Positions 1 to 7,822 of a DNA stretch of 64,000 nucleotides are shown here, in pieces. The first letter of the stretch is position 1. Each line of letters starts with the position of its first letter. The stretch is from an uncultured bacterium (GTDB lineage Bacteria; Hydrothermota; Tepidihabitantia; CAYHGV01), in the NCBI GenBank assembly GCA_964356135.1, contig CAYHGV010000001.1, positions 8,179-72,178 of the forward strand, written 5' to 3'. A model generated the notes under the pieces. The model was given only the letters and a program-made list of their open reading frames with translations, was not told the origin of the DNA and made no database searches. The translations under genes were made by a program, and so were the position numbers.

Positions 1-68
1 TCCGGCTGTGGACGGTGCATCCGGGGCTGCACTGCCCGCATCGACATCCGAAAGATCATTCAAGCGGT

Positions 69-911
69 ATGATCGACAGACAGAGCAGAGGAGCCGTGAA
101 TCCCTACGAACCGAAGCAGGCGAAACTGCTGACAGTGATTGACGAGACCCCGACGATTAAAACCTTCGGATTAGAGGTTCGGCCGCCGATTGAATTTGAA
201 GCGGGTCAGTTTATTGAACTGACCGTGCCCGGCGTCGGTGAAGCGCCCTTTACCCCTTCATCTTCGCCGTCCGACCGGGATAAACTCGAAGTTACGATCA
301 TGAAGGTCGGCCAGGTTACTTCGAAGTTATTTGAATTAAAACCGGGTGCTTCGTTGGGGATCCGGGGACCGTACGGTAAGCGCTATCCGCTTGAAAAATT
401 CGAGGGCAAAGAGATTCTGATTGTCGGTGGAGGAGTGGGGCTGGCACCGTTACGAGCGCTTTTTTTTGCGTTGATCGCCGAGCCACTGCGGTATAGTAAA
501 ATCGTCGTTCGCTACGGTGCCCGGACGCCGAAGGATATTCTCTTTAAACCGGAGCTGGTCCGGTGGCGAGAACTGGCAGGAGTCGATTTTTTACAGACGG
601 TGGATGTGGCGGATGAGTCCTGGGCGGGAAAGGTGGGAGTGGTGACGACGATTCTCGATGCGGTTCCGATCAAGTCCCTGAACAATAGCGTCGCGGTGGT
701 GTGCGGCCCACCGTTGATGATGAAGTTCGTGACCGAGCGGTTATTAGCGATCGGGTTTCGAGGTTCCAATATTTATTTGTCGATGGAAAAAAACATGTCG
801 TGCGGTGCAGGAAAGTGCGGTCACTGCCGGATGGGAAGTCTGTTTCTCTGTGAAGACGGGCCGGTGGTGACCTGGGATGACGTGAAAGAGATTGAGGACC
901 CGTTCTTATGA
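69..911 (+). CDS. Hydrogenase gamma-subunit-like FAD/NAD(P)-binding oxidoreductase with a C-terminal 2Fe-2S site (HydG/AsrB/PyrK family). The frame is open back to the window edge (ORF track starts at 15), so the true start may lie upstream.
   Basis: Read by eye, it resembles P. furiosus sulfhydrogenase gamma: NPYxP...TFxL near the N-terminus, GIRGPYG, and a C-terminal CGAGKCGHCRMGSLFLCEDGP cysteine cluster. The stop overlaps the first unit of a 14-bp tandem repeat. Confidence 0.7.
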   Translation: MIDRQSRGAVNPYEPKQAKLLTVIDETPTIKTFGLEVRPPIEFEAGQFIELTVPGVGEAPFTPSSSPSDRDKLEVTIMKVGQVTSKLFELKPGASLGIRGPYGKRYPLEKFEGKEILIVGGGVGLAPLRALFFALIAEPLRYSKIVVRYGARTPKDILFKPELVRWRELAGVDFLQTVDVADESWAGKVGVVTTILDAVPIKSLNNSVAVVCGPPLMMKFVTERLLAIGFRGSNIYLSMEKNMSCGAGKCGHCRMGSLFLCEDGPVVTWDDVKEIEDPFL

Positions 912-961
912 AGGTGCCCTTATGAAGGTGCCCTTATGAAGGTGCCCTTATGAAGGTTGCA
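906..961 (+). repeat. 14-bp tandem repeat TTATGAAGGTGCCC: three perfect copies plus one diverged copy. It spans the hydG-like stop codon and the fdhA-like start codon.
   Basis: Direct reading: units at 906-919, 920-933 and 934-947, with a diverged unit at 948-961. Each unit carries an AAGGTG Shine-Dalgarno-like hexamer and an ATG, placed so that the AAGGTG of one unit sits 5 nt upstream of the ATG of the next. Confidence 0.85.
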
Positions 962-2584
962 CCGACGACCTGTCCGTTCTGTCTCTACGGCTGCGAACTG
1001 GGAATCGCCATCGACCAGGGTGCGATCAAAGGGGTTGAGTACCGCAAAGATTCAGAGATAAATCAGGGCCGGCTCTGCGCCCGCGGTAACGGCGCAGCCT
1101 GGCTGTTAGACCATCCCCGGCGGCTGACCGAGCCAATTATTGAAGGACGGAGGACCGATTGGCTGCGGGCGTGGACCGAGATCGAGAAAATTCTCAAAGC
1201 GACCAGGGTGCAGGAGATAGCCGTTACCCTCGATAAAAATCTGACTCAGGAAGAGGCGAGTGTGATTGCAGGATTTGCCCAGGCGTTCGGGATTGAAACC
1301 GTCGGCTCGAGTTATTTAGAACCGGAAGGTTATTTCCAGTATCGGCTGCCAGGGGTCAGATCCGCTCAATTGACTGACATCCGGGAGGCAGACCTTTTTA
1401 TTCTCATCGGCGATGTCCTGAACCAGATGCCGGTGCTGGCAAAGCCGGTGCTCGATGCCCGGTATCGGGAGCGGCAGCACCGGATCGTGGTGATCGATTC
1501 AATTCACACCCGGACCGGTTTTTTTGCAGACCGGTTCATCCGGGTCGAACCCGGCTCCGAGCCGTTGTTGCTGTTAGGGGTTTACGAGCGAGTTCAGGGA
1601 AAGCCCGCGCCGGCGACCGGCGATAAGATTGCCCAGGCATCGGGAGTCCCGATCGAGCAGATCGAAGGACTGTCAGCGATGGTGAATCAAGCCCGGCGGG
1701 TGGTGGTTGCTGCGGGAACGACGCTGGGCAGGGTAGAAATGCCGTTTCTCTTCGCTTTGGCGCCCCAGCTGCTTGCCTCAGTAGCTCCGGGCAAGATTAC
1801 ATTTTTAGCAGCTGGCGAAGCGCGGTGCCTGGTTAGCGGTAAAGGATTCGGGGAGATTATGTCGTTAGTAAAAAACAGAAAGATCAAGGTCCTCTGGAAT
1901 TTTGGCGAATCGTTTCCCTTTGATTATCCCCAGCTGGACCCGATATTGAAAAAATTGGATATGCTGATAACGACCGCAACCTTCATTCCGGGGAAAAAAG
2001 GTGGGGCATTGATTCTACCGGTACCATCCAACCTTGAGAAGACCGGTACGATTCCGACGTTGTGGGGGGAGGGCAGGCTGACCCAGCCGGTGGTGCCGCC
2101 CAGTGGCGTAAAGTCGATCGGCGAGATCCTGAACCAGACCGCTTCCCGGTTGGGCATCGGTTTCAGCCCCCGAGCGACTGAAATGAGCCGGCTGGTTGCG
2201 CCGGACGAGGTCTTGAGGGTTGCGGAGGATTATTTAGATGAACGGTTGAAGCCGAAACGGAGACGAACCTATCCATTTATTCTGGTCGGAGAAAAACCGG
2301 CAATAGAATTTCAGGGATTTTTTGTCGATTCGAAAAATCGGTTGAAGCTGAATCCGGTTGATTGCACCGCTTTAAATCTGAGAACCAGCGAGACGGTAGT
2401 GGTCGATACCGCGGAGGGGACGGAAGAATTCATTGTCGAGCGTTCGCCATCGGTGCCCCGAGCGGTCGTCGCTTGTTCGGTAAACCGGCGAGAGAACCGG
2501 CGGTTATTTGAGCCCGTGATTGACAAGACAACCGGCGATTGTATAATTCCATTCGCCCTTGCTAAGGTATGGAAAAAAATCTGA
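950..2584 (+). CDS. Molybdopterin-oxidoreductase family protein, formate dehydrogenase H (FdhF)-like. It has the N-terminal 4Fe-4S motif but no Cys or Sec at the catalytic position.
   Basis: N-terminal CPFCLYGCEL...C motif (CxxCxxxC...C). The middle domains align to E. coli FdhF by eye (e.g. HRIVVIDSIHTRTG against KIIVCDPRKIETA). There is no Cys and no in-frame TGA between residues 44 and about 290. The protein is 544 aa against about 715 for FdhF. Confidence 0.75.
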   Translation: MKVAPTTCPFCLYGCELGIAIDQGAIKGVEYRKDSEINQGRLCARGNGAAWLLDHPRRLTEPIIEGRRTDWLRAWTEIEKILKATRVQEIAVTLDKNLTQEEASVIAGFAQAFGIETVGSSYLEPEGYFQYRLPGVRSAQLTDIREADLFILIGDVLNQMPVLAKPVLDARYRERQHRIVVIDSIHTRTGFFADRFIRVEPGSEPLLLLGVYERVQGKPAPATGDKIAQASGVPIEQIEGLSAMVNQARRVVVAAGTTLGRVEMPFLFALAPQLLASVAPGKITFLAAGEARCLVSGKGFGEIMSLVKNRKIKVLWNFGESFPFDYPQLDPILKKLDMLITTATFIPGKKGGALILPVPSNLEKTGTIPTLWGEGRLTQPVVPPSGVKSIGEILNQTASRLGIGFSPRATEMSRLVAPDEVLRVAEDYLDERLKPKRRRTYPFILVGEKPAIEFQGFFVDSKNRLKLNPVDCTALNLRTSETVVVDTAEGTEEFIVERSPSVPRAVVACSVNRRENRRLFEPVIDKTTGDCIIPFALAKVWKKI

Positions 2585-3036
2585 TCGTCGATCTCGACTA
2601 CTGCATCGGCTGCCAATCCTGCGAGGCAGCATGTCGGGCTGCGTTTAAAGGTGAGGCGAGAATCCGCTACGGCTGGGTACGGCAGAGCGCATTGATACCT
2701 GCGCCCTGCCGGCACTGCGCAGACCCGCTGTGTGCGAAAGCCTGTCCCGAATCGGCAATGGTAAGAGACGAAACGACCGGTTTCGTCTATCGCCGGAGCT
2801 TTCTCTGTATCGGATGCCATTCTTGTATCTATGCCTGTCCGTTCGGGGTCTTAGAGCCGACGCTGGTGCGGCACGTGGTCATGAAGTGTGACTACTGTAA
2901 AGACCGGCACGAGGGTCCGCGCTGTGCCGCGAGCTGTCCTTCGGGTGCGCTTTCGTTCGTAGCGGCAGAGGAAACTGTCAAGTCACGGGTCGGCGCCCGC
3001 TCTATTTCGCATTCGTCCTTCTGGCGGAGGACCTGA
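2569..3036 (+). CDS. 4Fe-4S ferredoxin-type electron-transfer subunit, like HycB/HyfA/FdhB. It has four CxxCxxCxxxCP-type motifs.
   Basis: The motifs are CIGCQSCEAAC, CRHCADPLCAKACP, CIGCHSCIYACP and CDYCKDRHEGPRCAASCP. The gene overlaps the upstream gene by 16 nt. Confidence 0.8.
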   Translation: MEKNLIVDLDYCIGCQSCEAACRAAFKGEARIRYGWVRQSALIPAPCRHCADPLCAKACPESAMVRDETTGFVYRRSFLCIGCHSCIYACPFGVLEPTLVRHVVMKCDYCKDRHEGPRCAASCPSGALSFVAAEETVKSRVGARSISHSSFWRRT

Positions 3037-3127
3037 TAATGAATCACGGAGGGTCAAGGCGATTGACATGGAGTGACACGGACGAGTGTGCACGGTGGAC
3101 AGTGAACTTTTCATGTGGGGATTCCCG

Positions 3128-4051
3128 ATGGTAGGTTCGGTACTAAAAATACTCTTCTCCTTCCTTATTTTCCCGGGATTTTTATTCGCCGCGATTGTCG
3201 GGTTCTTCTTAACCTGGTTCGACCGGATGGTTTCCGCCCGCATCCAGTGGCGGGTCGGGCCGCCCTGGTTTCAGCCGTTTGCCGATTTTTTCAAGCTGCT
3301 CTTGAAAGAATCGACGATACCGGACGGAGTACCCCGGGTCATTTTTCTCGGTGCACCGATACTCAGTCTTACCGGCATTACGATAGCGGCGGCAATGCTC
3401 GGGTTTATGAATCTCTATCCCCGGAGTTCATTTATCGGGGATCTGGTCGTGGTGGTCTATTTTTTAGCTTTTGTTCCCTTAGGGATAGTTATCGGTGGTT
3501 CAGCTTCCAAGAATCCGTTAGGAGTGGTGGGGGCAATACGGGAGATGAATCTCTATTTCGCCTATGAACTGCCGTTACTGATCTGCGTCGTTCTGGCGAT
3601 AATCAAGACGCACAGCCTCAAAATCGGAGAGATGATTCTCTACCAGCAGGCGCACGGTCCGGTGCTGTATTCAGTATCGGGCGCAATCGCATTCGTTGTT
3701 GTGCTGATAGCGACCCAGGCGAAGCTGGGCTATGCGCCGTTCGATATTCCCGAGGCCGAGCAGGAGATTATGGCCGGACCGTATATTGAGTATTCGGGGG
3801 TGGCGCTGGCGCTGTATAAGCTTACCCGGGCAATCACTTTTTTTGTGATGCCGGTGTTGATGATCACTATTTTCTGGGGCGGCGTGCGCGACCTCTGGGC
3901 AATTCCAAAATTTATTCTCATTGTAGTTCTGGTCATTCTCATAAAAAATACCAATCCTCGACTGCGAATCGACCAGGCACTGAAATTCTTCTGGTTCGGT
4001 TTAGGAACGGCTTCCGCGGTCGGTATGATCCTGGCGTTAACCGGACTATGA
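3128..4051 (+). CDS. Membrane subunit of the NuoH/HycD/MbhM family. The ORF track begins at 3086; the ATG at 3128, which has a GGGGA hexamer upstream, is the more likely start.
   Basis: The protein is polytopic and hydrophobic, with RIQWRVGPPWFQPFADFFKLLLKE, which is the NuoH signature R.GP..G..QP.AD..K. The downstream gene overlaps it by 4 nt. Confidence 0.75.
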   Translation: MVGSVLKILFSFLIFPGFLFAAIVGFFLTWFDRMVSARIQWRVGPPWFQPFADFFKLLLKESTIPDGVPRVIFLGAPILSLTGITIAAAMLGFMNLYPRSSFIGDLVVVVYFLAFVPLGIVIGGSASKNPLGVVGAIREMNLYFAYELPLLICVVLAIIKTHSLKIGEMILYQQAHGPVLYSVSGAIAFVVVLIATQAKLGYAPFDIPEAEQEIMAGPYIEYSGVALALYKLTRAITFFVMPVLMITIFWGGVRDLWAIPKFILIVVLVILIKNTNPRLRIDQALKFFWFGLGTASAVGMILALTGL

Positions 4052-4464
4052 GAGACATCCGACGCTGGGGTTTGAAAAAGTCGCCCTGGGTTTTCCATGT
4101 TTCGGTCAGCTCGTGCAACAACTGCGACATCGAAATTCTCGACGCGCTCACCCCTCGTTTCGACCCGGAACGATTGGGGGTGGTGCTGGTCGGTTCACCC
4201 CGGCATGCGGACGTGCTGTTGGTCACCGGTGTTGTCAATCGGATGTGTGTCGACCGACTGCTGCGGGTTTATACCGAAACGGCAAAACCCTGTCTGGTCG
4301 TTGGGGTTGGAACCTGTGCCTGCGGTATCGGGATTTTCCAGGACGGCTACAATACCGCCGGGCCGTTAGACCGGCATATCCCGGTTGATGTCTACATTCC
4401 GGGCTGTCCCCCAAAACCGGAGGCGATTATTTTAGGGATTGCCAAACTGCTCGCAAAGATATGA
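4048..4464 (+). CDS. [NiFe] hydrogenase small subunit of the NuoB/HycG/MbhJ type, carrying the proximal 4Fe-4S cluster.
   Basis: CNNCDIE...GTCACGIG...CPP(K)P cysteine pattern typical of NuoB-like small subunits; 138 aa. Confidence 0.85.
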   Translation: MRDIRRWGLKKSPWVFHVSVSSCNNCDIEILDALTPRFDPERLGVVLVGSPRHADVLLVTGVVNRMCVDRLLRVYTETAKPCLVVGVGTCACGIGIFQDGYNTAGPLDRHIPVDVYIPGCPPKPEAIILGIAKLLAKI

Positions 4465-4913
4465 TTGTCGAAGAAATCAAACTGCGGTTTCCCGATTTTG
4501 AACTGCATGAGCACGCTGCCCGGCGGCTCTACCTCACCGTTCCCCGGGAACGGCTGGGCGAAGTCGGGCGCTTCCTGTTTCTGGAAAAAGGAGCGCGGCT
4601 CTCGACTGCGACCGGCACCGATACCCGGGCAGGTTTTGAGCTGCTCTACCATTTCTCCTTAGATACCGAGGGGACGTTTGTTTCGGTGCGAACGGTCGTT
4701 CCAAAAGACGATCCGAATGTTGAGTCCCTGGCGAGCTTTATGCCGGCGGCAAACTGGATTGAGCGTGAGATCTTCGACCTCGTCGGCGTGGTTTTTTTGG
4801 GCCATCCGAATCTGAAGCGGCTGCTTTCCGCAGAGGATGTGCCGGAAGACCACCGGCCATTGCGGAGGGATTTTGATGGGAATGACGATAAGATTAAACC
4901 ACCGAGAACATAG
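4461..4913 (+). CDS. NuoC/HycE N-terminal-domain-like subunit (the 30-kDa subunit). Here it is a separate gene rather than fused to the large subunit.
   Basis: NWIEREIFDLVGVVFLGHPNLKRLL matches the NuoC signature ExExxDxxGxxFxGHP. Confidence 0.8.
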   Translation: MIVEEIKLRFPDFELHEHAARRLYLTVPRERLGEVGRFLFLEKGARLSTATGTDTRAGFELLYHFSLDTEGTFVSVRTVVPKDDPNVESLASFMPAANWIEREIFDLVGVVFLGHPNLKRLLSAEDVPEDHRPLRRDFDGNDDKIKPPRT

Positions 4914-5077
4914 AGAAATGGTAATCGAGCAGAGAGAGTCTCCAGGTTATAGGGTAACGGTAACGATGCCCGTCCCGTCAGTCGTTGATGGGCAAGGGTA
5001 TTTACATGCCGTTACCGTAGCCCTGCTCCGAAACGGGCGTCATAACCCTGACCTGGTTATTTATAACTTAAATTCCC

Positions 5078-6268
5078 ATGGAAGTTAGTCGCAGAATCGT
5101 TCCGATCGGACCGTTCCATCCGCTCCAGGAGGAGCCGGAATTTTTCAAGCTGATAGTCGAAGGCGAAAAGGTGGTCGGGCTCGAAATTACTATCGGCTAC
5201 AACCACCGCGGCCATGAGCTGTTATGCCAGAATCGGACCTACGAACAGATTCCCTACGTGGTCGAACGGATCTGCGGGATATGTTCGAACTCCCATCCGT
5301 TGGCGTATGTGCTGGCGGTAGAAGATCTGGCAAAGATTGAGGTGCCGGTCCGTGCCCATTATATCCGAACGGTCATTGATGAGCTCCAGCGTATCCACTC
5401 CCATCTCTTATGGTTGGGTCTGGCCGGACACTTCATCGGCTACAATACGGTCTGGATGTGGTCCTGGCGCTACCGCGAGGATGTGCTCGACATTTTTGAA
5501 CTCATCACCGGTAATCGTCAGAATTATGCGATGAATAAGATCGGTGGTGTGCGCCGGGATATAGTGGAAGAGGATATTCCCAGGATTCATACGATGCTTG
5601 GCGGTCTCGAAGGGAAAATAAAAAGTTTCATCGGGATGGTTCTGGACGACCCGGTTATCCGGGCACGGTTAGAACGGGTTTGCATCCTGACGAAAGAGCA
5701 AGCCCGAGGTTACGGCGTGTTAGGACCGATCGCCCGGGCTTCGGGGATTGCGATTGATGTGCGCCGGGACGACCCCTATGCCGCTTCGGATTGGGTGAAG
5801 TGGGATATGGTGGTTTACAGCGAAGGCGATATTCTGGCGAAGGCAAAGGTCAGGCTGGTCGAGTGTTTGGAGTCAGTGAGAATTGTCAGGCAGTGCCTGG
5901 ACCGGATGGAAGAGGGGCCGATTGAAACGATGGTCACTGAGATCCCGCCGGGCGAAGGTATCGGCCGGGTTGAGGCGCCGCGCGGCGAAGTCTTTCATTA
6001 TGTACGCTCGGACGGTAGCAATATGCCCAGCCGTCATAAGATTCGGGCTCCGAGTTTCATGAATGTTCCTTCCAATGAAGTGGCGGTAGTCGGCTATTCG
6101 ATTGCCGATGCCGCGCTCTGCCTGGCCGCGGTCGACCCCTGCTACTGCTGTACCGAACGGCTGGCGGCATTTGAAAACGGGAACAAGAGATTCAGCTTTC
6201 AGGAGCTGATTAAGCTTTCCTGGGAAAAAACCGAGGAACTTAAAACTAAATTTAGGATATGCAAATAA
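5078..6268 (+). CDS. Group-4 [NiFe] hydrogenase large (catalytic) subunit, HycE/EchE/MbhL-like, with a C-terminal extension of about 35 aa.
   Basis: The N-terminal Ni-binding motif RICGICSNSH is present. The C-terminal motif is DPCYCCTER (DPCxxCxxR). The protein is 396 aa, and the tail after the C-terminal motif implies maturation by a HycI-type protease. Confidence 0.9.
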   Translation: MEVSRRIVPIGPFHPLQEEPEFFKLIVEGEKVVGLEITIGYNHRGHELLCQNRTYEQIPYVVERICGICSNSHPLAYVLAVEDLAKIEVPVRAHYIRTVIDELQRIHSHLLWLGLAGHFIGYNTVWMWSWRYREDVLDIFELITGNRQNYAMNKIGGVRRDIVEEDIPRIHTMLGGLEGKIKSFIGMVLDDPVIRARLERVCILTKEQARGYGVLGPIARASGIAIDVRRDDPYAASDWVKWDMVVYSEGDILAKAKVRLVECLESVRIVRQCLDRMEEGPIETMVTEIPPGEGIGRVEAPRGEVFHYVRSDGSNMPSRHKIRAPSFMNVPSNEVAVVGYSIADAALCLAAVDPCYCCTERLAAFENGNKRFSFQELIKLSWEKTEELKTKFRICK

Positions 6269-6397
6269 TACTAATGACAATGCTACGCGAAGCGTCCGTT
6301 GTTACTCGAAGAGTAGATGCGAGAGCATCACACAGCGAAACGAATGATTCGAATATTACAATATTATTATTCGCTATCATTCGGGTCATTCGCTCAA

Positions 6398-7822
6398 ATG
6401 GATAGACTGCTGGTGCTGCTGATCCTGGTGCCGATTGGCGCCGGGGTGCTGACTCCGCTTTTCGGTAGAATCCATCGGGTCGGCCGGGAAGTATGGGCGC
6501 TCTTGGTGAGCGGTAGCGCGTTCGGACTTTCGATACTGTTGCTGCGCACGGTTTTGATCGGTAAACCGTTATGGGCGTGGCGGCTTCCGGTGATGAGCGT
6601 TCTGCCGGCACCGCTCATGTATATCGACCGGGTGGGCGTATTTTTAGCCGTTCTTTTCAGTTTCGTTTTCTTTTTGACCACGCTCTACTCGACCGGTTAT
6701 CTTAAGGGTTATCCCCACCAGAGCGAGTATTATGGACTGCTCCTGGTTCTGCTGGGCGCGGTCACCGGTATTGTCTTTTCTGCCCATCTTTTGATGCTCT
6801 ATCTTTTTTGGGAACTGGCGACGCTGGGCACCTGGCGGCTGGTTGGATTCTATCGCAACCCCAATGAGATCCGGATTGCGGAAAAGATGTTTCTCTTGAC
6901 TTTTTTCGGGTCGGTTTTGATGCTGTGCGGGTTTGGGGCGTTGTATGTCAAATACCAGACGTTTAACATTTTTGACCTGTCCGGACTGCCGATCGATAGC
7001 TGGGTAGCGTTCTTAATATTAGCCGGAATTTTTGTCAAATCCGCCAGCCTGCCTCTCCATACCTGGCTGGCAGACGCCCATCCCGCCGCACCGTCGCCGA
7101 TGAGCGCGCTACTCTCGGGGATTATCGCCAAGATTGGGTTGGTCGCCTATATCCGAATCTTCATCCAGGGTGTTACGCCCCCTCCTTTTTGGGGCGGGAC
7201 GGTTGCGGCATTGGCAGTTGCCAGCGCAGTCGTGGCAGCGGGCTGTGCGTTGGTCGAAAAAGATTATAAACGGATTCTCGCCTTTTCGACCGTGAGCCAG
7301 TTGGGGTATATCTTTATCGGTTTCAGCCTGGCGACCTACTGGGGGGTGGTGGGCGGGCTGCTCTATCTGGCATCGCATTGCCTGGCAAAAGCCGGGTTGT
7401 TTCTGGCGTTCGGCATTGTCGAGCGGCAAACCCATGAGCGCAATGTCGATCAGCTGGGAGGACTTGTCCATACCTTGCCGGTCACCGGGATTTCGACGTT
7501 TATCCTCGCGTTATCGATAATCGGTATTCCACCGTTGTTTGGATTTTTCAGTAAAGTTGTGGTCGTGATAGCGGCGGCACAAAAGAGCATCATCGTTACC
7601 GCCGGTTTGGTGCTGGTAGCGATTTTCACCCTGCTCTACTTTATTAGAATTTTCAGCAAGGTTTTTTTAGGCCACCCCAAAGGGCGGACGACGGTGCGGG
7701 AGCCGGTGCTCCTGACCAGTGTGGTGGTGGTGCTGGCGGCGGTTTCGCTCGTGTTCGGGCTGGGGATCGGCTATCTGGTCGGTTTCTTTAACCAGGGTCA
7801 GGCGATATGCTCAATGTTCTAA
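6398..7822 (+). CDS. Antiporter-like membrane subunit (NuoN/MrpD/HyfB family). The ORF track begins at 6317; the start at MDRLLVLL (6398) is the more likely one.
   Basis: HTWLADAHPAAPSPMSALLSG motif typical of NuoL/M/N and MrpA/D; polytopic membrane protein. Confidence 0.75.
   Translation: MDRLLVLLILVPIGAGVLTPLFGRIHRVGREVWALLVSGSAFGLSILLLRTVLIGKPLWAWRLPVMSVLPAPLMYIDRVGVFLAVLFSFVFFLTTLYSTGYLKGYPHQSEYYGLLLVLLGAVTGIVFSAHLLMLYLFWELATLGTWRLVGFYRNPNEIRIAEKMFLLTFFGSVLMLCGFGALYVKYQTFNIFDLSGLPIDSWVAFLILAGIFVKSASLPLHTWLADAHPAAPSPMSALLSGIIAKIGLVAYIRIFIQGVTPPPFWGGTVAALAVASAVVAAGCALVEKDYKRILAFSTVSQLGYIFIGFSLATYWGVVGGLLYLASHCLAKAGLFLAFGIVERQTHERNVDQLGGLVHTLPVTGISTFILALSIIGIPPLFGFFSKVVVVIAAAQKSIIVTAGLVLVAIFTLLYFIRIFSKVFLGHPKGRTTVREPVLLTSVVVVLAAVSLVFGLGIGYLVGFFNQGQAICSMF

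Noticed and set aside
906-961. Possible CRISPR array
   Set aside because: There are only 3-4 directly abutting 14-bp units with no spacers, and no cas genes in the window. It is a simple tandem repeat and not CRISPR.
950-2584. Selenocysteine (in-frame TGA) in the FdhF-like gene
   Set aside because: The ORF is uninterrupted and no TGA is in frame, so it is not a selenoprotein.
4837-5088. 83-aa ORF in the NuoC to large-subunit spacer
   Set aside because: It overlaps the end of the NuoC-like gene and lies within an inverted-repeat-containing spacer. It has no ribosome-binding site and no similarity, so the spacer more likely acts as a structured RNA.
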